Assembly: GCA_030390025.1 (NCBI GenBank)
Contig: CM059432.1
Location: 119,848,001 to 119,912,000 of the forward strand
Origin: Squalus acanthias
Taxonomy: Eukaryota
Reading direction: 5' to 3'
DNA: 64,000 nucleotides
Shown: positions 13,216 to 26,325 of the stretch, piece after piece
How the letters are laid out: each line of letters begins with the position of its first letter
Position numbering within the stretch: position 1 is the first letter of the stretch
The notes under the pieces: model-generated
What the model was told of the DNA's origin: nothing
The model's database searches: none
Seen by the model: the letters and a program-made list of their open reading frames with translations, nothing else
Program-made: the position numbers and the translations under genes

Positions 13216-14096
13216 ACAGATGAATACTCGCAATGCTAAAATGGAGGCTTTGAGATCGAAACTCCAAGATGCAGTCATGTCGGCTTCAACTTGCCTAGAG
13301 AACAGTTACAAGCAATAACAAGTGATGGGTTCTAAGATATTATTAACGATCACTGTTCTATGATCAGTCGGTATCGTGAGCCTTGGTTAGTGTCATGCTT
13401 GGAGTGGCACAATTGCTTGAATGAGGAATCAAAAGTGAGTCCAAGAATATTGACCGTTGGCAATGTTACAATTCCATCATGTTTAGTTCCAGGTTGTATA
13501 AGAAGGCAGAGGTATAGATTGCACGTAGAAAAAGCCAAGACATTCAGGGGGCTTTTGATGCCATTCAAAGATTTTGAATTTAGAAGCACAGCTATATTAG
13601 AGAAAGCTGGCTAAGTAGAAATTTGTTGGCGCTCAGTTTGGAACGCAGAGGCAGTAACGCGGTCACGATGTGTGCCCAAACCAGGAAGCACGTGGCCAGC
13701 CTGAAATTGGGCCTTGGGTCTTATCTAAATAATCTGGTCGAGCTGCTGGCGCATATTGTGCCTCTAATTACACCTGCCTCACCGACAGTAGCCCTAGGTA
13801 AGGACCGGGCGTGGGGGTGGGGCCGCGGTGCGGGGGATGGCGATCATGGCTGGCAGAGGTCCTCAGGAATGCTGTAGAGCCATGAGGAGCAGTTCTGCTC
13901 CACCGGGCTCCGGATCCAAAGTTTAAAAAAATATATTGTTATTGGCCTTTCTTCTGATAGCCACTTGCTGGGTCGCTTCTATGCCAGCACAATCTGAGTG
14001 GAGCAGACCCTCGCTCAGGACAGCCCAATTTCCCAGAGAGGTCCTTAAACAGGTGTTTGGCCAATCATTAGCACACGCAAGGGGATTAATGCTAGT

Positions 14097-14975
14097 TTGA
14101 GTCTGCAAATGGATATAGATAGACCAAGTGAGTGGGCAGTAAGGTGGCAGATGGAGTATAATGTAGGGAAATGTGAGGTTATTCACTTTGGTTGGAAGAA
14201 TAGAAAAACAGAATATTTTTTAAATAGTGAGAAACTTTCAAATGTTGGTGTTCAGAGAGATTTAGGTGTCCTCGTACAAGAAACACAGAAAGCTAGCATG
14301 CAGGTACAGCAAGCAGTAAGGAAGGCAAATGGCAGGTTGGTCTTTATTGCAAGGGGTTTGGAGTATAAGAGTAAGGAAGTCTTGCTACAATTGTACAGGG
14401 CCTTGGTGAGACCACACCTGGAGTACTGTGCACAGTTTTGGTCTCTTATCTTAGGAAGGATTTACTTGCCTTGGAGGCGGTGCAACGAAGGTTCACTAGA
14501 TTGATTCCTGGGATGAGAGGGCGTTATCCTATGATGAGAGATTGTGTAGAATGGGCCTGTACCTTCTGGAGTTTAGAAGAATGAGAGGTGATCTCATTGA
14601 AACATACAAGATTCTGAAGGGGATTGACAGGGTAGATGCTGAGAGGTTGTTTCCCCTGGCTGGAGTGTCTAGAACTAGGGGGCATAGTCTCAGGATAAGG
14701 CCATTTAAGACCGAGATGAGGAGGAATTTCTTCACTCAGAGGGTTGTGAATCTTTGGAATTCTCTGACCCAGAGGGCTGTGAATGCTGAGTCTTTGAGTA
14801 TATTCAAAGCTGAGATAGATAGATTTTTGGACTCTAGGGGAATCAAGGGATATGGAGATCGGGCGAAAAGTGGAGTTCAGGTCAATGATCAGCCATGATC
14901 TTATTGAATGGCGGAGCAGGCTCGAGGGGCTGTATGGCCTACTCCTGCTCCTATTTCTTATGTTCTTATGTTCTT
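14097..14975 (+). mobile_element. CR1 3' fragment (same subfamily as 46047-51850)
   Basis: ORFs 14097..14504 and 14542..14898 encode the CR1 ORF2 C-terminus; tail ttcttatgttcttatgttctta. Confidence 0.92.
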
Positions 14976-17529
14976 ATTAAAGGTGGCTACCCCAGATACC
15001 AGAAAAATGGCCCAACCCAAGATTGGGTCAAACATCTTTCAGGTGTCCTTTGGGCACAGGATGCTGGTCCCCAATATGGATCATAGTTGTGCCTGATTTA
15101 CACCCACAGCCACAAAGAGATCCAATTTCTAAGCCATGTATTTGAAGACACTTCTACTCCTTAGACTTTTTTGGTCGTGCTGCTGACTGTGTTTGTGCTC
15201 AGTGATTGACAAAACTTCCGAGGTTTCTTTCTGCTTTCATGAGTTAGAATACAATTTGTAAGAAATGAAAGAAAGCAAACCATTTTTCACTTCTGCAGGA
15301 AATGAACTGGCAGAAATTGTCACTGTGCTCCCCTGATATGTCGATGTGAAGTGTTGATTTGAGAATGTATTGAATAAATAAAAAAACAAAAGCATACAAT
15401 TCAAACACGAGGGGATACTTGGAGACTTCAAACTTTGAAAAACCAAGTGAGCTACATTAATTATGGCTTGGTATAATTATTAGAAAATCCAGGTTTCCCA
15501 TGAGATCAGAGTCATTTAGATGAATGAGCTATTAGCCATGAGAACCATGAGTGCAATCAAAGTCTCAGGATGGAAATTTTTCTTTTTATTATTTAAATGA
15601 AAAAAAATAAAAAATTGACTACAGCAAAGATTATTTGCCACTTGAACAAAAATGGCAATCAGTTCACTGGTGACTTCAAATACTAAAATTGCTGACAGCC
15701 TGGAGTGCACCTCAACAGACTTCTATCCCTGGGAGGTGCCATGTGTTCCAAGCAAAATTGTGCTGCACATTATTTACACTTTCACAGAATGATGAATTTT
15801 TAACCATCTTTTTTATCTACCAAGTTTGCCCTTAGAACATTGGAAAGCAGCTTCTGTGTTTTGGCCTAGAAATTCGATGGTGCTGTGCCCATTTAATGGG
15901 CGCTAAGTGGGCACCTACGCCTCCAATATGGCGAGCAGGAAACACGTGCTTATTATGCGTCGGAAGTGCGCTGCTTGCCATATTAGTATTGGCAAAAAAA
16001 AGGCGTCCAACGTTCACGCCTGAAACAAGAGTTAGCCCTTTCCAGATGTAAATAAATAGCCTAAAGCCTGTTTGAGGCCCCCTCTACAAAATTGGGTTCC
16101 CCTGAACACAGCTGGGGCAGGCCGGCTGTGATCAAGGAAACCAGGTCTACATGCGAACCTTAAAGGGGCTGCTGCAGGCCACCACCAAGTTTGTAAAAAA
16201 TAATTACCTGATTGTGAAGCTGGGAGGAGCACTTCTGCTCCTCTCAGCTCCACATTAAATCGCGGGCAGCTTGCAGCACCCCCCCCCTCCCGATCATTGC
16301 CTCCGATAACACCGTCCCCCCCGTCCCCTGCCTCAATCGTTCCTTGTCCCAGTTGCCTGATCACCCCTGTCCCAGTCTCTTGAGCGACCCTCTCCCGGTG
16401 CGCTGACCCCCCCCCCGCTGGTTGTCCTCACTTTGCCAATCGCTGTCCCATTTCTGGTCAGCCCCCTCCCAATCGCATCCCTTTCCCCTTTAATGGCCTA
16501 CATCAGGGCCGCTGCTATCCTGAAATTACAAGCCTCTTCAAAGACGGATTGGAGTATAAGCGTAAATAAGTCTTACTGCAATTGTATAGGGCCTTGGATG
16601 CCTCTTCAAAGACTACCTGGATAGGTCCAGCTGCAACAGCTCTCAAGAAGCTCAACTCCATCCAAGACAAATCTGTTTTCAGCTCTTAACCCCATGTTTC
16701 AGGGTCTCCTGCTGAAGTTGCAGTGGGAAACTCATGATAGCCTCATGGAATTTCAGGGCTAGCATGTTGTGACCTTACTTAGCATTTTTCATCTCCTGTG
16801 GCAATTCACTTCATAATTCAGAGAAGAATGTCACTCCCTTAACTGTCTCTACTGTTTTTCTGTTGCTCCTTTTCTTTGTTTCTTTCTCTTCTCTTTTGCT
16901 TTTCTCTGCATAACTTAATTTAGCTTTTCTGTCTCTATTTCTTCTTTTCTTCTTTCCTTTTGGTTGGGGGGTGGTGGGTGATATGGCATGGTGTAAAGAG
17001 CCACCAATGGCTGCAGGTTACAGGCTGCATTTGGGGTGTGGGTTGTGGGAAATGTAGTCCTCAGTAGCTCCCTCCTCATCTCCTCACCCAATCTCTCATG
17101 CTCCCCCCACCCCGCTCCATCACTCTCATCATACCTCCTACCCCTTCAACTTCCCACTACCTATCCCCCTTCCTATAACTCCCATCACTACCCCTATCTG
17201 TTCCCCTTTGAACTATCTGCTGAACCCTTTGTATCTTGCCCCCCACGCCCACTTGCTCTGTTGCCATCAATTTCAGTATTAGTCCTCCATCTACCTCCCC
17301 CCCCCCGCCCCCCCGGCCAGAGCAGGGGGTGAGAGACCAGAAACCCCCTCACCTTTAATCAGTTTTCCTCCACCTCTCCCCTTCCTACTTCTACCTTTAT
17401 TTTCGGTTTCCCTTAAAGAGCCATAGTTACCTCTCAAAATTCAAATTGTTCTAAAAAGTACTCAAATTAAAATGAGGAAAGAGACTGTCTGAGATTGAGT
17501 TCTGTGCATTCTTTGGCACCACGTAGAAG

Positions 17530-18318
17530 GAATGCCACAAGTGCCAGACAATGACAATCTCCAACAAGCGAGAATCTAACCACCGCCCCATGACATTCAA
17601 TGGCATTACCATCGCTGAATCCCCCACCATCAACATCCTGGGGAGGGTGGGGTCACCATTGACCAGAAACTTAACTGGAACAGCCGCATAAATACTGTGG
17701 CTCCAAGAGCAGGCCAGAGGCTGGATATTCTGCGGCGAGTGTCTCACCTCCTGACTCCCCAAAGCCTTTCCACCATCTACAAAGCACAAGTCAGGAGTGT
17801 GATGAAATACTCTCCACTTGCCTGGATGAGTGCAGCTACAGCAACACTCAAGAATCTCGACACCATCCAGGACAAAGCAGCCCGCTTGATTGGCACCCCA
17901 TCCACCACCTTCAACATTCACTCCCTCCACCACTGGCGCACCGTGGCTGCAGTGTGTACCATCTACAAGATGCACTGCAGCAACTTGCCAAGGCTTCTTC
18001 GACAGCACCTCCGAAACCCGCGACCTCTACCACCTAGAAGAACAAGGGCAGCAGGTGCATGGGAACACCATCATTTGCAAGTTCCTCTCCAAGTCACACA
18101 CCATCGTGACTTGGAAATATATCGCCGTTCCTTCATCGTCGCTGGGTCATAAATTCTGGAACTCCCTCCCTAACAGCACTGTGGGAGTACCTTCACCACA
18201 CGGACTGCAGTGGTTCAAGAAGGCAGCTCACCACCACCATCTCAAGGGCAAATAGGGGTGGACAATAAATGCTGGCCTTGTCAGCAACACCCACAACCCA
18301 GGAACGAATAAAAAAAAG
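17530..18318 (+). mobile_element. CR1/L2-group LINE 3' fragment (distinct family) with A-rich tail
   Basis: ORF 17697..18152 RAGQRLDILRRVSHLL..IYKAQVRSVMKYSPLAW..LDTIQDKAARLIG is a post-RT region of non-LTR ORF2. Ends gaataaaaaaaa. Confidence 0.85.
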
Positions 18319-19167
18319 GGAACTGATATTAAAATTTAAAAATAAGGGATTCAAGAGACTTCTCTGACTGGGCACCCCTAGTAGGATTCATTTTTGCCCT
18401 TCTGAAGGCTGATATGTCTCATTTGATTCAGTGTATCAGCCTTCAGTTTTGCACTGGGTCCTTTATAGTTCAAGGAAGTGAGAAGTTCCAGTGTAGGGAG
18501 TCCCCTCCTTCAGGCTCTGCCCTGAACCCACCTCCTCTGACACAGCTGGCCTTGTAAGGGGCCAGGGGGGCTCTGCACCTCAGAAGCCTCAGCAGGACTC
18601 GGCATACCCAGGTGCTAGCCTTCTTCGAGTTATTTCACCAGACTCCAACTGAAGTTACAGCAGGAATGCAGTGGAATAACTGAAGAAATTCAATCCATAT
18701 ATTGAAATTTGGGCATCATTATATATAAATTATTACAATAATCAACATTCTCTACTTTCTATATTAAAATAAATTTTCTTGACATCAGTATAATTTAACT
18801 TAAAGAAAAAATCCTTATTAATAAATAAAATAATAAATGCTAATGCTTCCAGTTATATGCACCAAAGCAGCTCAAAGTACTTCACACTATATTGGAGTAC
18901 TGAGACTGCTATGTTGTTAAAAATACCGCAAATCAGTCCATCATCTTTAGTTAGTGGCAGAACATCAGAGGGAATATATTAATGATACAATATCAAAGCA
19001 GATGATCCTTAAAGGGACCAGTGAGATCCAACCAGTTTATCTCATACTTTAAATCAGTGCTGCCTAATACTTTAGCCACATGTAACAAATTGGGAATCCA
19101 GAAATATAGCTATTAGTATTTATGATTAGTAAATAAATAATGAGTAATAGACACTGTTGTTGGGCAT

Positions 19168-19648
19168 GTGTCAGCGTGGCTCAGTGGGTAGCACTCTCAC
19201 CTCTGAGTCAGAAGTTTGTGGGTTCAAGCTCCACTCCAGAGACTTGAGCACATAAATCTAGGCTGACCCTCCAGTGCAGTACTGCGGGAGTGCTGCACTG
19301 TCGTAGGTGCCGTCATTCAGATGAGACGTTAAACCGAGGCCCCGTCTGCTCTCTCAGGTGGATGTCAAAGATCCCACGGCACTATTTCGAAGAAGAGCAG
19401 GGGAGTTATCCCCGGTGTCCTGGCCAATATTTATCCCTCAACCAACATAACAAAAAAAAACCAGATTATCTGGTCATTATCACATTGCTGTTTGTGGGAG
19501 CTTGCTGTGAGCAGATTGGCTGCCGCATTTCCCACATTACAACAGTGACTCCACTTCAAAAGTACTTCATTGGCTGTAAAGCGCTTTGAGACGTCCAGTG
19601 GTTGTGAAAGGCGCTATATAAATGCAAGCCTTTCTTTTTCTTTTCTTT
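19168..19648 (+). mobile_element. Full-length tRNA-headed DeuSINE (SacSINE1-like)
   Basis: A box tggctcagtggg, B box ggttcaagctcc, Deu-like core gatgagacgttaaaccgaggccccgtctgc, 3' end aaaggcgctatataaatgcaag followed by (TTTC)n. Confidence 0.85.
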
Positions 19649-22155
19649 ATGTGATCACAATACTCATACTCGCATGGCGTATGCATGTGAACTTTAACCT
19701 TTTTGCGCATTTGTTGGCAAATTAGTAAAACGAAAAGCAGTGAGTATGAGTGTTTTTTGATTGTTGCGACTGCTTTACTTCCTTGGTTACTGAATATTTG
19801 TTAAGTAACTATACACATATGAAGTACATTGACCTGCATTGTGTCAGTGTGTGTAAGGCATTTTCTACTAAAATTAGGGCATGTGGCAAAATCCATGTCA
19901 CTGTAGCCACACCCGTGGCTAGCCAGCAATTTCTACTGGACAACTCTGCTTTAAAGACCAAATTCAAATAAATTGCTGTTTAAGGTATTTTTGCAGTGAT
20001 TGCATATAAATTATTTATAGTTAACAGTAAATGTATGAAAATCAAACATGCAAATAGTTTATGTTAAACCAAATCGTACTGATTATTTTTGTTTCCCATT
20101 ATTTCTAATCACTGGTTATGATTTTTCTTGCTAAGGTGCATCCCAGAATCTCAAGTACAACACTGAAGTATGAACCCTCGACACTCTTACTATATGGGAG
20201 CTGAAGATCCTTCAGCTTTCTAAATAGATTCGGCCTGAGACTCCCAGACTTTGGAGGGTGCTTCAGGGGTGTGTGGGACATGTGAGAGGTGAGGGGCCGC
20301 AGGAACCCAGCTCCACTATGTCTTTGGAACATTTTTTGCCAGATGAGAAATTCCAATGTAGGGGATGGGTACTTCTTGCATCTGCCCCCCCCCCCCCTTT
20401 TACATGATGGCATCAGGAGATGACATGGGACTGGCATGGTGACCTCACGCAGCAGAAATTCTGCCAGTTTCACCTCCTTTGCCTTGACTACAAAGAATTG
20501 CTGCATGATGCATTCTGCTGGTGGAAGTGCAGGCCATGACAGTGGCGAAGCTTGGTTTAGCTAACAGGTAGCGGAGGGGGGTTCTAACTTAAGATATGGT
20601 TGGCTTAGCAGGAAGGGGGCTGAGCTGCGAACTGGGGAATGCCGACATACTGTTTGGAAGGCCAAGCCAGGAACTGCACAGACTTGCAGGCCGAAGCTGG
20701 AGGTTGAAGACATGGGGACAGAGGTTCCTGGGAGCAAAATGGACGTGGCCCTCCAAAGTCACATTAGCTGACCTCAAAATGATTGGGCTGGGGAGGGCTG
20801 ACCCCCGCACCCCCACACCCGACCCCACACTGGACCACGATGCTAGCTTCCTAACAGTAATAAATCATGAAACAATTGATTGCCATTAGCAAAGTGACCT
20901 GCTACATAACAGATCCTTTCTTTAAATTCTATGATCCACAGCTGGAATTGCCCATGTCCCTGATGGATCAGCAAGGTGTCTCTCTGAAATTCCTGACCCT
21001 CCCATGGACACATGCTCAGAGAGCACCACAACTGATAAAGGTGCCCACTCCCTTAATGCAAATGACCTCAACCCCAAGATTTGGGACACGGCCAGGTATG
21101 GATCAGGCCTCCAAGAATTTCAAGCCCATTATCTAAAACCTTTTCATTGCATATCGTAGGGATAATTTGCAACTTTGGCATGAGTGGACAACTGGCGGTA
21201 GTGGATCAGCCACCCATTATTTACCCCACCCAGTTTTCCTTTCCATTGAGGTGTTTCCGAAGTAGAGCAGGACACTGGTGCTATTGTATGCCACCCATAT
21301 TATTAACACATTGATGATGGTCACGAGGAAAAGATAAGAATGCAGTTAGAAATTGTTGCTGGTAATAATTTGGCCGTCGCCGTTCATCCTGTGATATTGA
21401 AGAAGACAGCCAGAATATCATCTCATTTTTTGCAGTGAGTTATTTGATGACTGCTGAGACCTAATTTTGCTGGGAATGAGCAACTGCAGATGGGACAATG
21501 GATCCTGGATACACAGGTTGGAATCTTGATTTTTCAAGCCAGACTTCCTCAGCTGGCGTTTACATTCAGCATCAGCAATGCGACGGGCCTCATCGTAGGA
21601 GATGCCTTCATGGGTGGTGAGCAAGTTCTTTAGCATGTTGTTCCCACTTATAGATGTCATTTTGGCACTGTTTTGTTGCAAAATGTGTTTTGCTGATTAA
21701 GATTGGCTGTCATTATGCTTGACTGAAGGCCATGTTGCTGGGCAAATTCCGTAATCAACAATCAAACTTTTGCAGCTGCAAGCTATTTACAGATAAGAAA
21801 GTAAACAATGAGGTGTTACAAAGCTACAATAAAGACATCCTGAAAGGAGGCCTGCAAGACAGAACACAAGTCATTTGCACAATGCATATTGTGTTGCTGA
21901 TCACCTCTGAAAAATTTGCAACCCTCTCAGACATTGTTTAAGTGGCCTCGAGTCTGATAAGGAGATAAAGATGTTAATAACTGACAATAGCCAGTGGACT
22001 CAGGACACAATGGAAGAATGCCAACTCGTCCCACATACCAGAGAGAGAAGGGAATGCCTCTTTGCAGCACCCAGACTGATTTACTGAGAAGAATAAAAGA
22101 CAACGACCAAAAAGATATCTTCGCTGCAGTCGAAAGGAGGGACTGCAGTCGAAAG

Positions 22156-25100
22156 ATGACGGCCTTGGGACGTATTGAAGAGTTCTCTGGGGATGAGGAC
22201 AGTTCATGGGAGGAATACGCAGAAAGACTGGGGTGTTTCTTGGAGGCCAATGATATTGACAAAGAAGAGAAGAAGCGCTCAGTGTTGCTCAGTGTATGCG
22301 GAGCGGCTACTTACTCTGTCCTGCGTTCATTGGTGGTTCCTCGTAAACCTAGTGAGGTGGATTATGAGCACTTGATAGAAATACTGCAGCAATATTTCAA
22401 TCCAAAACCCTCAGAAATTGTGCAGCGTTTCCATTTTCACAATTGTAAACAACAGCCTGGACAATCTATTTCAAGGTACATTGCTGAGTTGAGGAAACGC
22501 TCGGTACATTGTAATTTTGGTGACCATTTAGACAATATGCTCCGTGATCAGATTGTGTGTGGAGTGCTGGACTCGGCATTGCAGAAACAGCTGTTAGCGG
22601 ACAAGGCCCTGACGTTCCGACTGGCCGAGGAGAAGGCTTTAGCAGCAGAGGCTGCGTCGATGAACACAGGTATGCTACGTATAGAAGCAGCGCCACCTCG
22701 GGCCGCCGAGGGTGTGCACAAGACCACACACACAGCTGATGCTGCGAGTGACAGGGAGGCAACTAAACAGACAGGAAGAAAATGTTTCCGCTGTGGGGCT
22801 CTCCATGGTGCCACTACATGCAAATTTGTGTCAGCGGTATGTCATTTCTGTAAGAAAAGAGGACACATAGCTCGTGTCTGCATGAAGAAAGCTCAGGCTG
22901 CTGCAGCAGAGCCAACACAAGCATCGCAGACACACACCCTGACACGGGAGGACAACGATGAGTATACAGTGTATACCACGGAAGCTGAGCAGCGACACCA
23001 CAGACGGTGGGGATACACAGCAAATGTGATTGTGAATGGGGCACCACTCGGCATGGAGGTGGATTCAGGCTCAGCGTGTTCGTTGATAAGTGAAGAGACT
23101 TACAATAGGCTGTGGCCAAGTGAAGCCCCGGTGATGGCTCAGGTCAGTGGCGTGCTACGGCAGTGGTCCCAAGCCCAACTCCAAGTGCTGGGTATGATTC
23201 ATGTGAAAGTTAAGTATCGGGCAGTCAAGGACACACTTCCGCTTTATGTGGTGGCGGGGCAGGGCACAAGCTTGCTGGGCAGAGATTGGTTTGAGCCCCT
23301 TGGTATTGGAGTGACAGGAGTACACACGGTACAGCGACAGCCCATAATGCCTATGTTGGAGAACTATGAAGAGGTTTTTGGTGAGCTCGGGGCCTGTCGG
23401 GGACCGCCAGTCTCAATCGAAGTGGACCCAGGGGTAGCGCCTAAGTTCTTCAAGGCGCGACCAGTTCCTTTTGCGTTGCGCAAGAAGGTGGATGAGACCC
23501 TGGATAAGCTGGTGAACCAAGGGGTTCTTATACCAGTGAAGAACTCCCGTTGGGCCACCCCTATCGTGCCCATTGCAAAGAAGGATGGGGGCCTGCGAAT
23601 CTGTGGAGATTACAAATGTACGGTTAATACTGCTGTGCTACCAGATGTGTATCCCTTACCAACAGTTACAGAGCTGTTTTCAACACTGGCTGGAGGCACC
23701 CTGTTCACCAAGCTGGATCTCAAGCAAGCATACCAACAACTGGTCCTGGATGAAAAGTCAGCCGAGCAATTGACAATCAACACCCACAGAGGACTTTTCC
23801 GAGCCGCAAGGCTGCAGTTTGGGGTGTCGACGGCTGTGGCAATCTTTTAGAGGTTCATGGACACCCTGTTGGCTGGTGTTCCGGGAGTTCAGCCTTACCT
23901 GGATGACATACTGATTACAGGCAAGACACAGGAAGCCCATGATGAGCGGCTGCAGGAAGTACTACGCCGGCTGGCTGAGGTAAGACTACGCCTTCAGAAG
24001 GAGAAATGTGTGTTCGCTGCCAATGGGGTGGAGTTCTTGGGATTCCGAGTGGACAAAGACGGTGTGCATCCGACTACGGAGAAGGTGGAGGCTATCAGGA
24101 GCGCTCCCAACCCCAAGAACAAGACCGAACTGCAGGCATTCCTCGGACTGTTAAACTTCTACAGTTGTTTTCTCAAGGGCAAAGCCACAATCTTAGAGCC
24201 ACTGCACAGGCTGTTAGACCAAGCAACAGTGTGGAACTGGACCTCAGATCATGAAACAGCCTACAGACAGGCAAAGGAACTGCTACAAGCAGATAAGGTT
24301 CTGGCACACTATGATGAAAACAAACCATTGGTGTTGGTGTGTGATGCCTCACCATACGGGCTGGGAGCTGTATTGGGTCACATAGAGCCAGATGGCCGGG
24401 AGGCGCCTATCAGTTTTGCCTCAAGAACACTCTCAACAACAGAACGTAACTACGCCCAGATTGACAAGGAGGCCTTAGCCATCATATTTGGGGTAAAGAA
24501 GTTCAGACAGTACCTGTTAGGGAGACAGTTCGTCATCTACACGGACCACAAGCCACTCTTGGGGCTCCTGCATCACTCCAAGCCCATGCCCCTGATCATA
24601 TCACCGCGTATGCTTCGGTGGAGTCTGATGTTGGGGGCCTACAGTTATGAACTTTGCTACAGGCCTGGGAAGATGCTGGCTAATGCTGATGCTCTGAGTC
24701 GCTTGCCTTTGAACCGGCCGATGACTGAGACGCCACCACCCCTGGAGGTGCTGCTACTGGAGCAGGTCCCGGAGGCCCCACTCCATGCCCAGCGGATTGG
24801 CAGCCTCACACAGAAGGATCCAGTCTTATCACGGGTGCTACGCTGGCTGCTGCACGGCTGGCCCTCCGAGGTCCAGGAGGAGCGTTTCAAGCCCTTCGTT
24901 CAGAGGCGCCATGAAATGTCTGCACGCAGGAACTGCGTGCTCTGGGGAAGCCGTGTGGTGGTTCCTGCCGCCGCAAGAGAGGAGGTGCTGAAAATGCTGC
25001 ATGACTCACACCCTGGGATTGTGCACATGAAGGCGTTGGCGAGAAGCTACGTCTGGTGGCCGGGGTTGGACCAAGACGTGGAGGAGGTGGTAAAGAGCTG

Positions 25101-26100
25101 TGAGACATGTCAGCTGACCCGCCATAGCCCACCCAAGGCTCCCCTTCACCCCTGGGAGTGGACCACTCGTAAATGGTCAAGACTCCACGTTGACTTTGCA
25201 GGGCCGTTTCAGGGGAAGGTCTTTTTAATAGTGGTTGATTCGCATTCGAAATGGCTGGAGGTGGCTATTATGAACTCCATGACATCCAGGGCAGTGATCA
25301 ACACGTTGCGTTTGCTGTTTGCCACACATGGGGTCCCCGACGTGCTGGTTTCAGACAATGGAGCAGCCTTCACGTCAGCGGAGTTCAAGGCTTTTGCAAA
25401 CAGAAACGGGATCCGCCACGTGACCACAGCGCCCTATCACCCCTCCTCTAATGGGCAGGCAGAGAGGATGGTGCAAACCACAAAAGAGGCACTAGTGAGG
25501 ATATCGGTGGGGGACTGGCAAACCAGATTGGCCAGGTTCCCGTTATCACAGCATACCACACCAAACTCAGCAACGGGGAAGAATCCTGCTGAGATGCTGA
25601 TGGGTCGCCGGCTGGCGACTGCACTGGACCGGCTACACCCGGACTACAAGGACGAGATGCACACAAAACAAGAGGTGCTGGCTAAGAAGCACCAGGGCAC
25701 CGCCAGGCAGTTTGAGCCGTCAGAGACTGTGTTTGCCCGTTGCTATACAGGAGGAGACAAATGGATGCCTGCCGTGGTGGAGCAGGCCACGGGTCCCCTG
25801 TCGTACAGCGTCCATACACCTGATGGCCAGCTACACAGACGCCACGTAGACCAGCTACGGGGTCGTACTCCAGCGAGAGTAACTGAGACATCAAAGGCTA
25901 GACCATTGTCTCCGCCACCTCTGCCAAGCAGTGACGGCCTGCTTCCTGCAACAACGACGGAAGCCACGTCCACAGAGGGTGTCATAGAGTCATCAACCAC
26001 GGAGGAAGGTTTTCCTGCGGCTAACAGTGACACCCCGAATATGCCTGTCCCGCGGCGCTCAAGTCGAGTTAAATTCCGTCCCAGACGTCTGGAGGACTAA
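22156..26100 (+). pseudogene. Ty3/Gypsy single-ORF gag-pol polyprotein (about 1314 codons) with one in-frame stop in RT
   Basis: Gag zinc knuckles (CFRCGALHGATTC, CHFCKKRGHIARVC), protease VDSGS, RT YLDD, RNase H CDAS..EAL..DHKPL, integrase HHCC and D-D-E (HVDFAG, SDNG, AERM). TAG at 23848-23850 in AIF*RFMD (expected AIFQR) keeps the frame. Confidence 0.95.
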
Positions 26101-26112
26101 GGGGTTTTATCT

Positions 26113-26325
26113 GGGGGAAAGGAGTGTTGTGTTTTGAGATTGCTTTTGACCCAGTCCCCCAGCCATACAGGAAGGGAGGGGCTGGAGCCTGAGGCGGGAG
26201 TTCAGCAGATCTGGGTCCCCTACCTCATGGAGAGAGGTTTGGCTGTCTGTTACAGTTCTTAATGTAATGTCCTATTTACAGTGTTTTAATAAATAGTAAA
26301 AAGACATCCTGTCTCCTTGACTAAT
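26113..26325 (+). mobile_element. Polypurine tract and 3' LTR of the Gypsy element (right boundary uncertain)
   Basis: PPT gggggaaaggag at 26113-26124, immediately followed by TGTTG; AATAAA at 26288. Confidence 0.65.

Noticed and set aside
13600..16430. Further MITE-like GC-rich fragments (about 13610-14095 and 15863-16430; similar ones near 34960 and 37830)
   Set aside because: Only one TIR-like end is visible and no TSD, so boundaries and family cannot be supported.
19168..19245. tRNA gene
   Set aside because: The A/B boxes are the head of a SINE that continues into the Deu core and tail; the same holds for 5987 and 45990.
21994..22155. N-terminal extension of the Gypsy ORF
   Set aside because: It begins at GTG and is not Gag-like; the Gag-like sequence starts at ATG 22156 (MTALGRIEEF).
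23848..23850. Programmed stop-codon readthrough in the Gypsy ORF
   Set aside because: The TAG lies inside RT at a normally conserved Gln (AIFQR), not at the gag-pol junction; a CAG>TAG mutation is simpler.
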